Assembly (NCBI GenBank): GCA_029260935.1
Contig: JAJDCJ010000005.1
Coordinates: forward strand, 16,073-80,072
Length of the DNA: 64,000 bases
Source: Patescibacteria group bacterium
GTDB taxonomy: Bacteria; Patescibacteriota; Minisyncoccia; Phycocordibacterales; Phycocordibacteraceae
Direction of reading: 5' to 3'
Shown in pieces: positions 9,909-20,602 of the stretch. How positions within the stretch are numbered: the stretch's first letter is position 1; each line of letters begins with the position of its first letter. A program made the translations under genes and the position numbers. The notes beneath the pieces are model-generated. The model made no database searches. It was not told the origin of the DNA and was given only the letters and a program-made list of their open reading frames with translations.

Positions 9909-11312
9909 TTAATTGACCTCCTTCCAAAGATGAAGCTTATAGTTCTGCGAAGTAACAGGAGTAAATGGTGGTGGGGTAATTGAAAGACTTTGATCAAAAG
10001 AGTCGTTGCGCTGGTTAAATCCTGAAACATAGACACCGCCACTCGTCCATTTCGTCCCTACCCTTCCCTTTGAAACTACACTCCCTGTCGTGTTCAAAAT
10101 TGCGCGCGTCGCAAACGGATCATAGAGAGAGGGTAGAAAGGAGGTGCTGTAGTGGTTTCTTCCAAAGTGTCCATTTTGTGCAATAAACACCCCACGAATG
10201 TCCATTATATTAGGAACTTGGAGACCCACTAATATGTCCGATTCAGCAATGGCCGTCAGGCCATCGCCTTGTGCGTTTGCATACGTAATGTTTCCGTTCA
10301 ATATAATTGAAGGTTCAATGGACTGCGGACTAATGTTAGCGGCCGCAATAACTGCCTTTCCGCTCACGACTCCATCAAGCCATATATCATCTTCTGCAAA
10401 TACCACCGGGCAATTCGTAGGCACTGCATAATTAACGACGTTTGCCGTATTGGTAATAACAGAGCGCTCGCGTTGCCATCCATTTTTTGTTGAGTATCCC
10501 CACACAAGAGCTGTTCCGGTAACCTCCCGTACATCAACTGTTCCATTATTTCTAAAGGTTACCTGATATCCCTGTCCACCGGTCGGTGGCAAGTACACAC
10601 CGGAGGAAACAGCAAAACCTTTCAACTGCGCTAGGTCAACTGAGATACCACTGAAGTCAACTCCGGGTGTCGGAAACTCCCACAACTGTTGTGGCCCGCC
10701 TGAACCGAATACGCCATTTTTTGTAGAAGCAGGACTGCATCCAAAGCTTGAAGTACACGTCCAACTTTCCACCCCTGATGAAACTTTTGCATTATGGGTC
10801 CCGTCCATACGCACACCTTGGTTTGAATGATACGGCCCATTAATAATACGGTCGGAGCCAGCCCATACATTGGCGTCAACTATATGTGAAAACTCAGCAA
10901 CCGATGGCTGTACATACGTCGCCTCAACGGTTCGTTTGTATGCTGGAGCAGCTACTGTTTGACCTGTTGAAACAATTTTAATACTTGATACTGCGCCACA
11001 AAAAATATCAGCATCAATATCAAGCGAGAAACTCCCCACTGTTCCCCCTTCAGGGTCAGGAACAGTATGCACGTAAGGCCCAGGAAGTCCCGTGCCGTTC
11101 GTTATATCGTTTTCGTTGTGTGCAAGGAACCATTTATAATATTCTAAACCTGCTTCTGCAAAATGAAGCGCCTTCTCTTGATTTTCTTTTGCTAATTGCG
11201 CCTTTTTTTGTACAAAAATAAATCCTGACAAGGAAGAAAGGAGTGTAAAAAACACAGCAGAAAAAACTAAAACCAAAATAACAAAGAAGCCACGGTGATA
11301 AAGTTTATTCAT
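9909..11312 (-). CDS. Large pilus-associated protein with N-terminal TM anchor (PilX/PilY-like position in the operon), hypothetical
   Basis: N-terminal hydrophobic helix followed by a Gly/Ser/Thr-rich 440-aa extracellular region. It is the last gene of the pilB-pilC-pilin operon and overlaps the upstream pilin gene by 8 nt. Confidence 0.45.
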   Translation of the reverse strand: MNKLYHRGFFVILVLVFSAVFFTLLSSLSGFIFVQKKAQLAKENQEKALHFAEAGLEYYKWFLAHNENDITNGTGLPGPYVHTVPDPEGGTVGSFSLDIDADIFCGAVSSIKIVSTGQTVAAPAYKRTVEATYVQPSVAEFSHIVDANVWAGSDRIINGPYHSNQGVRMDGTHNAKVSSGVESWTCTSSFGCSPASTKNGVFGSGGPQQLWEFPTPGVDFSGISVDLAQLKGFAVSSGVYLPPTGGQGYQVTFRNNGTVDVREVTGTALVWGYSTKNGWQRERSVITNTANVVNYAVPTNCPVVFAEDDIWLDGVVSGKAVIAAANISPQSIEPSIILNGNITYANAQGDGLTAIAESDILVGLQVPNIMDIRGVFIAQNGHFGRNHYSTSFLPSLYDPFATRAILNTTGSVVSKGRVGTKWTSGGVYVSGFNQRNDSFDQSLSITPPPFTPVTSQNYKLHLWKEVN

Positions 11313-11898
11313 TTCGTAAATTTCTTAAGGTAGCACTTGAACGCAGTGTAAACTCTTCAGGTGCACGAATGGGCTGGATATTAACAATGAGATTAACGCT
11401 AATAAAACGAACACCGCCGATATCAGTGTAGTTGGTAATCTCAACTCCATCCTTATCATAGTATCTGAATATTTTTTTTCCCGTCTCTAAGTTGCGCACA
11501 TACTCAGATACGTTCGTGGTCACACCAAGACCACTATAGGAAGGAGGTATACCTAAGGAATCAAGTGTGATGCGCTCCAGTCGTGTCCCTGAAAGTGAAT
11601 AGGTTATTCTCTCAACACTCTGATCTGAGTCCGTGTCACTAAAAAAAGTAATTGTTGTTGATCCTATAGTAAGTAGCGGATATGAGCCATCGTCGCCGTG
11701 AATTGCTTCGCGTAAGTCCTGCACCATAAATTCAACCCCCTTGCGCGCACTGTTTATTTGAAACGACTGCTCTAGAGATGACGCGTTAGTCCGATAAAAG
11801 AAAAGGATGGACAATACAATGACCGACATAATAATAGTGATAATGGCGATGCTCACCACAGTTTCAAGAAGGGTAAATGCGCGTAATTGTTTTTGCAT
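11305..11898 (-). CDS. Prepilin-type N-terminal domain minor pilin
   Basis: N-terminus MQKQLRAFTLLETVVSIAIITIIMSV matches the class III signal / N-methylation motif followed by a hydrophobic helix. Confidence 0.6.
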   Translation of the reverse strand: MQKQLRAFTLLETVVSIAIITIIMSVIVLSILFFYRTNASSLEQSFQINSARKGVEFMVQDLREAIHGDDGSYPLLTIGSTTITFFSDTDSDQSVERITYSLSGTRLERITLDSLGIPPSYSGLGVTTNVSEYVRNLETGKKIFRYYDKDGVEITNYTDIGGVRFISVNLIVNIQPIRAPEEFTLRSSATLRNLRNE

Positions 11899-11901
11899 AC
11901 G

Positions 11902-13674
11902 TTATATTCCCACCAAGTTTACGGACAGTGTGGTGTCACCTGAAACGGTGACTTGCTCTACCTGTGTTTGGAAACCAGACTTGGTCACTGTCACTGTGTA
12001 AGGACTACCTATTGGTACGTTTCCAAAAAATGACTGCCCACACGCGGACGTTGGATTGTTTCCGGTAACCACCCCGCTGTCAATAGCAACACCAGCGTTT
12101 GAAATTGGCGCACCGTTTGCACTCACACTCACACGCAATGAGTGTGCAGAAGGAGTGCCAAGTATCAACGAAGCATTCAGGGATGCACCAGGAAGCACCG
12201 AAAGCACTCCCGGGCACAACTCTACAAGGTCGTACACACCAGTGTCTATCGTTAGATTATACGTGTCCCATTCAAGCGAAGGTTGGGACGCCTGCCCAAG
12301 CGAGTCGGTAGTAAGTAAATTAAGGAACTTGCGAATAGGGAGACCGCCTGCTGTTGTGCCCACTGTTTTGTTTCCAAAAACAGTAACCGCAACTCCCGGA
12401 AGTGGTGTTGGGCCAGCACTGTATGAAACGGACCAATCAAGGAGTGCCGGTGTCTCTGCGGTATCCAAAGTGGTGAGAGTAGCTACCAACTGAAGCGAGC
12501 TGTACGTTGTAACAGAAAGGAAAGAAAGGTTTATAGTGCCTTCGCTAAATCCAAGCGAGTTATTAGGAAGGTCAGTATCAGGAATGAGTACATAGTCAGT
12601 GCCGTTAAAGTAGAGCACCTGTACGGTAGCCGAAGTGTTTGGTGATGTTGTCGTATTAAACACAAGCTGGTTCCATGAAACGAGAAAGTTCGGTGCAATA
12701 AACTGAGAAGACGCCATGCCACTTGAAGCGTATGGACCGCCTCCTGACAGAACAACAGCACCTCCCACAACATCAGTGCTTGATGTTGTTACGAGTCCTG
12801 ACGACGAATTAAATGTATCGGTGAAACTTCCGGGACCTATCGGCTCAAACGTTGCTAGATTAAGTGAGCCGAACCGGTCAATTGCAAAACTAATTGACGT
12901 CGTGTCACCATCAAGTACCGAAACATGTGTCGGTGACGGGTTGGGGTTTTGAGTTGTTACGCTGTAGGTTTGTGCTGTTGAATATCCACTTTTAGTAACG
13001 GTAATTTCATACCCTGAACCCTGAGGTGAGCCGGGGAAAGAAACAACACCGGACTCATTAGCAGACGACGTGACATCAACGTTTGGTGTTACTGAACTAT
13101 TAACTATACGAACACTTGCTTGTGGCACCGATTGAGTCAATGCATCAAATACATTTACCCGCAATGTTCCGCCACTTGCGAGTGTTTCCAAACCAATAGG
13201 TGATACATACGTGACCGCCGATGTTGAACGTGGAACGTCGCGCACACTCCACAGAACCTCAACTTTAACTAACTTATAGTCAACAGGTGTATTGTTTTCG
13301 TCTGCTTGATCGAGCCCGTCTTCCGGCGCATCAATAAATTGAACAAGGGTGCGTAATGTGTAGTTTGTACCGTTTAAACTCACCTGCTCAAGCTGTGCGA
13401 TGGGCCCTGCTGGAATCCCTGCAACCGTTCCGACAGAGCTATACGGAAGTGAGCGAATAAACTCAATACGCTCATTCATAAGTGCCACTGCTCCTATTTT
13501 TGTTTTTGTTGAAAACACTAAATCAATAGACAATTTAAATGCCCCAAAAATCCCCAAGAACACAATGGTCATTATTGAAACACCAACAACCACTTCAATC
13601 AGCGTGATACCCCGCGCACCACTCGGCCGGGTGCGCTGTTTTTTCCTGCTCACTGCTCTATGCTGAGTGCTCAT
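11902..13674 (-). CDS. Large (590 aa) prepilin-type N-terminal domain protein with repeated Ig/carboxypeptidase-regulatory-like modules
   Basis: GITLIEVVVGVSIMTIV prepilin motif. Repeated TVTKSGY / TVTVTKSGF beta-sandwich-like motifs and a Thr/Ser-rich body. Confidence 0.6.
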   Translation of the reverse strand: MSTQHRAVSRKKQRTRPSGARGITLIEVVVGVSIMTIVFLGIFGAFKLSIDLVFSTKTKIGAVALMNERIEFIRSLPYSSVGTVAGIPAGPIAQLEQVSLNGTNYTLRTLVQFIDAPEDGLDQADENNTPVDYKLVKVEVLWSVRDVPRSTSAVTYVSPIGLETLASGGTLRVNVFDALTQSVPQASVRIVNSSVTPNVDVTSSANESGVVSFPGSPQGSGYEITVTKSGYSTAQTYSVTTQNPNPSPTHVSVLDGDTTSISFAIDRFGSLNLATFEPIGPGSFTDTFNSSSGLVTTSSTDVVGGAVVLSGGGPYASSGMASSQFIAPNFLVSWNQLVFNTTTSPNTSATVQVLYFNGTDYVLIPDTDLPNNSLGFSEGTINLSFLSVTTYSSLQLVATLTTLDTAETPALLDWSVSYSAGPTPLPGVAVTVFGNKTVGTTAGGLPIRKFLNLLTTDSLGQASQPSLEWDTYNLTIDTGVYDLVELCPGVLSVLPGASLNASLILGTPSAHSLRVSVSANGAPISNAGVAIDSGVVTGNNPTSACGQSFFGNVPIGSPYTVTVTKSGFQTQVEQVTVSGDTTLSVNLVGI

Positions 13675-13688
13675 TGCTGTTTCTTGTT

Positions 13689-14906
13689 CTAAATACTGTT
13701 AGATAACGAATAAATGGGGGCAATCATTGAGATTGCAAAAAATCCCACACCTGCACCAATAATAAGCATGAGAAACGGTTCAATAATAGTTGAAAGGTCT
13801 TTGGTCTGTTGTTCAACCGATTCTTCGTAAAAATCAGCTGTTTCTTTAAGAAGACCTGAAAGGCGTCCTGTCTCTTCTCCCACTGCAACCATTTCGGAAA
13901 CGAGCGGAGGATATAAGTTTGGATGGTTTCCAAACGACTCTGAAAGGTTTTTTCCTTTTACGACTCCAGCTTCGGCTTCGGCTAACACCGCTTGGTAGGC
14001 TTTATTTTGTAGTACGTCTTTGGTAATTGCAATTGCAAGCACCATATCAACACCTGATGAAAGGAGGGACGAAAGCGTGCGTGCGGTGCGCGCTGAGTTG
14101 GTTTCAACAACAAGCTGTTGAATTACTGGTGTTTTTAACATAAGCCAGTCTACAAGATCTCTCCCGCGTGTTGTCCGTATAAAAACAACACCACCAACAG
14201 TAACGGCTACCAATAGTGAAAATGAAAGCAGTGGACTTGTTGAGAGAAAATTACTGAGAGCAATAATAACTTGCGTTGTTGGTGGAAGCTCTGTTCCCAG
14301 TTCCTCAAATGTTTGTGTGAGCGTTGGCACTACATAAATAAGCATTAAAATCCCGATAATGATCATCGCAAACAACACGACTGACGGGTACATAAGGGCA
14401 CCGCGAATTTTCTTTTTGAGCGTACTTGTTTTTTCCATCTGTGTTGAGACAACACGTAAACTTTCTGAAAGTTTACCTGACTCTTCCCCTGCACGCACCA
14501 TGGAAATAAGCAGTGGTGAGAACACATTATCAAACTTAGAAAATGCAACTGAAAGCGGGCTTCCCCGCCCTACTTCTGCGGTGATACTCTTCAGAATAAG
14601 CTTAAGACGTGGATTTTTTGATTGACGCTCCATCACTGAAAGTGCGCGACTGGTGGTGAGTCCTGCCTCAAGCATGGCAGCTAAGTTACGCGTCAATACC
14701 ACCTTCTCGTCGGCGTTTACTCCTTGAAAAATGACTGAGAGTGAGTCAAGAGAAAAGAGAGATTTCTTTTGGTCTTCAGTCAGTGACGTTAAGTGGTCGC
14801 CTCTCTCTCGCACCTGCTTGTAGACGTCAAAACGATCTGGAGCTTCAATAATCTCCTCGTAGGGTTTGTTATCTTTGGCAACAGCGCTAACGTGATACTT
14901 TGGCAC
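13689..14906 (-). CDS. pilC: Type IV pilus assembly platform protein PilC (GspF family)
   Basis: Two T2SSF repeats, each with three TM segments and conserved GEETG.L motifs. Confidence 0.85.
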   Translation of the reverse strand: MPKYHVSAVAKDNKPYEEIIEAPDRFDVYKQVRERGDHLTSLTEDQKKSLFSLDSLSVIFQGVNADEKVVLTRNLAAMLEAGLTTSRALSVMERQSKNPRLKLILKSITAEVGRGSPLSVAFSKFDNVFSPLLISMVRAGEESGKLSESLRVVSTQMEKTSTLKKKIRGALMYPSVVLFAMIIIGILMLIYVVPTLTQTFEELGTELPPTTQVIIALSNFLSTSPLLSFSLLVAVTVGGVVFIRTTRGRDLVDWLMLKTPVIQQLVVETNSARTARTLSSLLSSGVDMVLAIAITKDVLQNKAYQAVLAEAEAGVVKGKNLSESFGNHPNLYPPLVSEMVAVGEETGRLSGLLKETADFYEESVEQQTKDLSTIIEPFLMLIIGAGVGFFAISMIAPIYSLSNSI

Positions 14907-15133
14907 AGTACTTTTATTCTACGCTACTTTTTTTGCACCCTCGCTCCCTGTCCACGCTCACGTGTGCTCAACTGTACGACATATTCTATTACAACCACTG
15001 CAATAGTACTTAGTGTATAAATGAAACTTTACTGAATATGTTTTATCACAATGAATGAACTCTGGCTTACATCCTTGTTCGGATTCAAATAAAGATTGTT
15101 CTCTCATACATGTATTCTATCAAGACAGAGAAG

Positions 15134-16870
15134 CTATTCCGAAACAACACGTAACACTTCCTCAATACTGGTTACGCCAAGCGCCGCTTTGTAAATACCG
15201 TCTTCAATCATAGTGAGCATACCTTCTTTCTTTGCCTGAGATTCAATTTTTGTAGCATCAGCTCCTTGTAAAATAAGCTCTCTAATTTCAGCAGTGATAG
15301 GGAGTATTTCATGAATGCCGATACGGCTCGCATATCCTTCAGGGCATGCTTTTGTTTCCTTTGGTCGGTAGAATGGAATATCTGAAACTTTTGCATCTTT
15401 CTCTATCTTTCCCTCTTTTTTGAGTACTGCCAATATCTTCTTGAGGTCAACTGACTCCTCCATTTCCTCCCTCTCCTTAGGGGAAAGGGTATACTCTTCC
15501 CTGCTTTCACAAAGTTTACGCACGAGTCTTTGCCCAACAATAACGCGCAATGTTGAAACTAAAAGAAAGGACTCCGCTTCCATATCAACTAAGCGCGGAA
15601 TGGTGGCAGAAGCCGAGTTCGTGTGAAGTGTTGACAGCACCACGTGCCCGGTGAGTGCTGCATTAACTGCAAGCGATGCTGTTTCCGTGTCACGGATTTC
15701 CCCCACCATAATAATGTCGGGGTCTTGTCGCACTAACGTGCGCAGTCCTTGGGCAAAGGTAAACCCGATGTCAGGACGTACCTGTGTTTGATTAACGCGC
15801 GGCATCTGATATTCAATAGGGTCTTCAATTGTTGAGATATTCACTTCAGGCGCGTTTAAAATATCAAGTATGGTGTAGAGTGTCGTAGTTTTACCACTTC
15901 CTGTTGGTCCTGTTACCAAAATCATACCCGTTTTCTGCCGTGTTGCATCATGAATATGCTCAAGTCCCGCACCATGAAAACCAAGACTCTCAAGGGTAAA
16001 GTTACCGCCACCTTCACGTAAAAGACGCATTACTATTTTTTCTCCATAGAAAGTAGGAAGTATTGATACACGGAAACTCACCCGCTCTAGATCGGCTTCT
16101 ATTTTAAACCTCCCATCCTGCGGAAGTCGTTTCTCGTCTAACTTAAGAGAGCTCAGCACCTTAATACGTGCCGTCACTCCCGCTGCAACGTGTGCAGGAA
16201 GCTCCATCGCATCGTGCAATAGTCCGTCAACGCGATACCTAATAAGGAGTTTTTCCTCCAAGGGCTCAATATGAATGTCAGAGGCATTTTGAATAATGGC
16301 GTGGCGCAGTAGTGTGTCTACAATTTTCACCACCGGTACATCCTCTGCCAAAAGTGCCAAACCCTTCTCGTCTAAATCTGTTTGCGTTGCAAGTGTTTGC
16401 GAAGCAGATTTAATAATGTCTCCAAACTCTTCTTTAAGGGTTTTTTGATAGAGCAACAACGCGTACTTGATTGACGCAACATCGGTGAGACGTGGGAGTA
16501 TTTTCAACCCTACTTTCTTTTTAATAAAATCAATTGACGCGATGTCGTTAGTATCAAGCATGGCAACTTCAAGCGACGTCTCGTCTTTTGTATATGCAAC
16601 AACATTATTGTTGCGTGCAATTGGCTCGGGAATAAGCATCAAAACATCTAAGTCAATTTTTGCCTTTACGAGAGACACGAACGGGATACCTAAAATATGT
16701 GCCTCCATACGACGAACGTCATCTTCTGAAAGAGACCCCAAGGAAACAATGGCATCTTTGAGTGATACTTTTTTTTCTTTTGCCATGCGCTCGGCCTCTT
16801 CTATGTCTTTGCGCGAAACCAAGCCCGAATCAATGGTAAACACCTTTAGTTGTTCGTCAGAAACCTTCAT
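15134..16870 (-). CDS. pilB: Type IV pilus assembly ATPase PilB (GspE family)
   Basis: N-terminal GSPII_E domain, Walker A GPTGSGKTTT, Asp box and His box, and a CxxC...CxxC tetracysteine motif. Confidence 0.9.
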   Translation of the reverse strand: MKVSDEQLKVFTIDSGLVSRKDIEEAERMAKEKKVSLKDAIVSLGSLSEDDVRRMEAHILGIPFVSLVKAKIDLDVLMLIPEPIARNNNVVAYTKDETSLEVAMLDTNDIASIDFIKKKVGLKILPRLTDVASIKYALLLYQKTLKEEFGDIIKSASQTLATQTDLDEKGLALLAEDVPVVKIVDTLLRHAIIQNASDIHIEPLEEKLLIRYRVDGLLHDAMELPAHVAAGVTARIKVLSSLKLDEKRLPQDGRFKIEADLERVSFRVSILPTFYGEKIVMRLLREGGGNFTLESLGFHGAGLEHIHDATRQKTGMILVTGPTGSGKTTTLYTILDILNAPEVNISTIEDPIEYQMPRVNQTQVRPDIGFTFAQGLRTLVRQDPDIIMVGEIRDTETASLAVNAALTGHVVLSTLHTNSASATIPRLVDMEAESFLLVSTLRVIVGQRLVRKLCESREEYTLSPKEREEMEESVDLKKILAVLKKEGKIEKDAKVSDIPFYRPKETKACPEGYASRIGIHEILPITAEIRELILQGADATKIESQAKKEGMLTMIEDGIYKAALGVTSIEEVLRVVSE

Positions 16871-16900
16871 ATCTTTTATTTTAGCGCAGAAAAATACCTT

Positions 16901-16930
16901 TGAATTGTTTTTGACAAAAAGTACCCCTTT
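16901..16930 (+). promoter_or_regulatory. Sigma-70-like promoter upstream of nusA
   Basis: TTGACA (16901-16906), an 18-nt spacer and TATACT (16925-16930), about 80 nt upstream of the nusA start. Confidence 0.5.
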
Positions 16931-17011
16931 GGTATATACTAGTTTTATAACCGAATATCAGTATATGGAAGCTCGTCCTGAATAGACGGGTTTTTTTAAT
17001 GAAAAAAATAT

Positions 17012-18409
17012 ATGTTTGACCTTAAAGGAATTAACTTAGTAGTAGAACAACTTGCAGAAGAGCGCGGTATTCCACGTGAAAAAATGCTGGAAGCAGTAGA
17101 GAATGCACTGGCAACTGCGTATAAAAAAGAATATGGAAAACGCGGACAGATTATAAAATCCCAGTTTAACATTGAGACCGGTGACCTTGATTTTTATCAG
17201 GTTAAGTTAGTGGTTGACCCATCTGAGGTTCGTATAGACGAAGAGGGAGAAGAGAACGAAAAGAAAGGAGACGGAGAAGACACAGACGAGCGCCCACACT
17301 TTAATGAAGAGCAACATATGTTTCTAGAGGATGCTCAACGAATTAAACGAGACGCTGAAATTGGCACCGAGATTACCTTCCCTCTTGAGACAAAAACTGA
17401 CTTTGGTCGCATTGCTGCACAAACTGCAAAACAGGTAATTATGCAGAAGATCCGTGAAGCGGAGCGCGCCAGTGTTATGGAAGAATTTGGTGGAAAAGAA
17501 GGTGACATTGTAACCGGTGTGGTACAGCGACTTGAACGTGGCAACCTTTACTTAGACCTTGGTCGTGCAACCGGCATTATGCCGTATGCAGAACAAATTC
17601 CCGGTGAACGTTTTCGCCCCGGCGAGCGTATTCGTGCCTTTCTCTTTTCAGTTGAAGAAGGTCAGCGCGGCGTGTTCCTTCGTCTGTCTCGTTCACACCC
17701 TAAGTTCTTGGAAAAACTATTTGAACTTGAAGTGCCTGAGCTTGGCAACGAAACTATCGCTATAAAGGCAATTGCACGAGAAGCAGGAAGTCGCTCAAAA
17801 GTAGCAGTGGTGGCACTTGATGATCGTATTGACCCCGTTGGCGCATTAGTAGGCCAACGCGGAGTGCGTGTATCAACAGTTACGAGTGAGCTCGGCGGAG
17901 AACGCCTTGATATTATTGAGTGGTCCGAAAATGAAACTGATTTTATTGAAGACGCCCTCTCTCCTGCAGAAATTCTCTCGGTTGAGCTTGATGCAGAAAA
18001 TCACCGCGCTGTTGTTGAGGTAACTGATGACCAACAGTCGCTTGCAATTGGAAGGGGCGGGCAAAACGTACGCCTTGCAGCAAAATTAACTGGATGGTCA
18101 ATTGATATTCACTCAGCACACGGCGCTGAACTTGCAGAAACTGATGGCGATGTGGTGTCAGTGGTACCAAAACCTGAAGAGGGGTCTGGAAACAGTGATG
18201 TTGAGCCAAGTGTAGTGCCTCACGAGGAAACACCAACTGAAAAAGAAGGTGCACTTGAAGCTGACCTTGAAAAAGCAGAGGGTGCCGTACAGCCACCCGA
18301 GGAAGCCCTTGAGTCGCCTGAGGAAATTGAAGTCGGCGAAAAAGAAGCGGAAGCCGTAGAAGGCGCCCCTGATGAGATGGATGAGGAAAAAGACTCCGAC
18401 AAGGAATGA
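17012..18409 (+). CDS. nusA: Transcription termination/antitermination factor NusA with acidic C-terminal tail
   Basis: NusA N-terminal domain, S1 domain and two KH domains (GRGGQNVRLA). The C-terminal 90 aa are strongly acidic. Confidence 0.9.
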   Translation: MFDLKGINLVVEQLAEERGIPREKMLEAVENALATAYKKEYGKRGQIIKSQFNIETGDLDFYQVKLVVDPSEVRIDEEGEENEKKGDGEDTDERPHFNEEQHMFLEDAQRIKRDAEIGTEITFPLETKTDFGRIAAQTAKQVIMQKIREAERASVMEEFGGKEGDIVTGVVQRLERGNLYLDLGRATGIMPYAEQIPGERFRPGERIRAFLFSVEEGQRGVFLRLSRSHPKFLEKLFELEVPELGNETIAIKAIAREAGSRSKVAVVALDDRIDPVGALVGQRGVRVSTVTSELGGERLDIIEWSENETDFIEDALSPAEILSVELDAENHRAVVEVTDDQQSLAIGRGGQNVRLAAKLTGWSIDIHSAHGAELAETDGDVVSVVPKPEEGSGNSDVEPSVVPHEETPTEKEGALEADLEKAEGAVQPPEEALESPEEIEVGEKEAEAVEGAPDEMDEEKDSDKE

Positions 18410-18445
18410 TACAGTAGAGATACTTAACAAAAAATAAAAAAATCT

Positions 18446-18970
18446 ATGAACCTTTGGCACGACATTGACCCCGGAACCTCAGAAAAAATGAATGTCATTA
18501 TTGAGATTCCACGAAACTCTCGCAACAAATACGAAATAGACAAAGACACAGGACTTATTGCACTTGACCGTGTGACCCATACCGCGCAGGTATACCCTGT
18601 TGACTATGGTTTTGTACCACAAACCTATTGGGACGACGGCGATGCTTTGGATGCAATGATTCTCACCACTGAACCATTGGCGCCCGGAATACTCGTGCGT
18701 ACACGCCCTGTGGGTATTATGGATATGATTGATGGAGGCGACCCAGACGCAAAAATATTAGGTGTTCCTATTGGCGACCCTCGGTGGAAGGATGTACATG
18801 ACATTGGTGATGTAAATCCTCACACCATTAAAGAAATAGAACACTTTTTCTTAACGTATAAACAACTTCAAAATAAAAAGGTTGAAATAAAAGGATGGAA
18901 AGGAGCACAAGAAGCGCGCGAAGCGTTTGATCGCTCGCTTGAGCTCTACAAAGAAAAGTTTGGTAAATAA
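18446..18970 (+). CDS. ppa: Inorganic pyrophosphatase
   Basis: Family I PPase motifs DGDALDAMIL and the DYGFVPQT context; 174 aa. Confidence 0.9.
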   Translation: MNLWHDIDPGTSEKMNVIIEIPRNSRNKYEIDKDTGLIALDRVTHTAQVYPVDYGFVPQTYWDDGDALDAMILTTEPLAPGILVRTRPVGIMDMIDGGDPDAKILGVPIGDPRWKDVHDIGDVNPHTIKEIEHFFLTYKQLQNKKVEIKGWKGAQEAREAFDRSLELYKEKFGK

Positions 18971-18984
18971 TATAGTCTCCCCAC

Positions 18985-19021
18985 ACAAAAACCCCGCGCC
19001 TTAGGGCGCGGGGTTTTTGTG
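18985..19021. terminator. Bidirectional rho-independent terminator between ppa and comM
   Basis: aaaaaccccgcgccttagggcgcggggtttttgtgt is a GC-rich stem flanked by A and T runs. Confidence 0.7.
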
Positions 19022-19027
19022 TATCTC

Positions 19028-20500
19028 TTACGTCTCCAATTTTGGGCGGTATTGTAGCGCTTCAAGAATGTGCTGTTCTTCAACGGCGTCTGAGTTTTCC
19101 AAGTCGGCAATGGTGCGTGCCACACGCATAACGCGGTGGTAGGAGCGCGGGGAAAGTTTTAACACGCCGGCTGAGCGTTGCAGTGTTTCAAGTGCAGTAT
19201 CTTTTATGTTGATAACACGCTCAATGTTGCGTGCGCCAATTTCACTGTTAGTGCTTCCATTTCTTGTATCAGCACATGCGCGCGCTTTGAGTATTCGCTT
19301 TAAAACAATTTCACTCGCCTCTCCCCCACCTTTTGAGAGAAGCTTATGAGGGACATGCGGTACCTCAATCCACAAATCAATACGGTCAATGATGGCGCCT
19401 GATAATTTTTTCTGAAAACGTGCAACGTCGCGCGGGTCGGCACGGTCGCTCGGTGGGTTCATTGCGGCAATCAACATAATATTTGCAGGAAACGTCGCAG
19501 TGCCCGACGCACGAGAAACAGTGACATGTCTGTTTTCAAGTGGTTCACGCAATGCTTCAACTGACCGACGATCAAACTCTGGGAACTCATCCATAAACAA
19601 CACACCACGGTGCGCTAGTGTTACTTCCCCGGGCTTTATAAACGTACCACCACCAACTAATGAAACGTACGATGACGTGTGATGCGGACTCCGAAAAGGA
19701 GCCGTGGTAATGGGAGATCCGTCTAACACGCCGGCTACGGAATGAATCGCGGTAACCTCCAAGACCTCGTCAGGTGTAAGTGGTGGTAAAATACCGGCGA
19801 GTGCTTGGGCCAACATTGTTTTGCCGGTGCCGGGTGGCCCACTGAGTGCAACATTATGTCTGCCGGCGGCCGCTATTTCTACTCCACGCTTTGCTGTTTC
19901 TTGACCTGCAATGTCACTCATATCAAGCGTATAGGGAGCGATATATATTTCTGGTGTATGTACTACTTCCTCCAAAGGAGCACTGCCCGTGAGGTGCTCC
20001 ACCAGTTCAGAAAGAGTTTCAACGCCGTAAATGGCAATATCATCAACGAGAGTTGCTTCTTTTGTATTTTTTTTCGGAAGAATAATTGAGGTAAAGCCGT
20101 TGTCACGCGCCGCAAGGGTGGCCGAAAGTGCGCCTTTAATAGGAGAAATAGACCCGTCCAATGAAAGCTCCCCGAGGCACACAGTATTTTTTGAATCAAA
20201 AGAAATTTCCTCGGCTGCAAGTAAATAGGCAAGCGCCATGGGTACATCAAACACCGGACCTTCTTTCTTTACATCGGCCGGTGCGAGCGAGATAACTATT
20301 TTATGGTTTTTACTTTTTGGTGCACTGAAACCCGCATGTTTGATTGCACTACTGACGCGGTCGCGCGCCTCTTCAACCGCCTTACCAGGAAGACCTACAA
20401 CAGTAAACGCATAGAGTCCTTTTGATAAGTCTGCCTCAATTGAAATAATTGGCGCCTTTGGAAACTGAGGCTGTACGCTAAATACGCGGGCAAATGCCAT
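19028..20500 (-). CDS. comM: YifB/ComM family Mg-chelatase-like AAA+ ATPase
   Basis: Lon-like N-terminal domain, Walker A GPPGTGKT, Walker B LFMDEFPEF and a C-terminal ChlI domain. Confidence 0.9.
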   Translation of the reverse strand: MAFARVFSVQPQFPKAPIISIEADLSKGLYAFTVVGLPGKAVEEARDRVSSAIKHAGFSAPKSKNHKIVISLAPADVKKEGPVFDVPMALAYLLAAEEISFDSKNTVCLGELSLDGSISPIKGALSATLAARDNGFTSIILPKKNTKEATLVDDIAIYGVETLSELVEHLTGSAPLEEVVHTPEIYIAPYTLDMSDIAGQETAKRGVEIAAAGRHNVALSGPPGTGKTMLAQALAGILPPLTPDEVLEVTAIHSVAGVLDGSPITTAPFRSPHHTSSYVSLVGGGTFIKPGEVTLAHRGVLFMDEFPEFDRRSVEALREPLENRHVTVSRASGTATFPANIMLIAAMNPPSDRADPRDVARFQKKLSGAIIDRIDLWIEVPHVPHKLLSKGGGEASEIVLKRILKARACADTRNGSTNSEIGARNIERVINIKDTALETLQRSAGVLKLSPRSYHRVMRVARTIADLENSDAVEEQHILEALQYRPKLET

Positions 20501-20568
20501 AGTGGTACTTAAAAGTATACCTTAATAATGAGCACACTTCTTTTTTAAAATATTTTAAGCACTACATA

Positions 20569-20602
20569 AAGTACATACTACGATTAATCGTAGTATGTAC
20601 TT
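20569..20602. promoter_or_regulatory. 34-bp perfect palindrome overlapping the stop codon of the TrpR-like gene (candidate operator)
   Basis: aagtacatactacgattaatcgtagtatgtactt is self-complementary. Confidence 0.5.
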
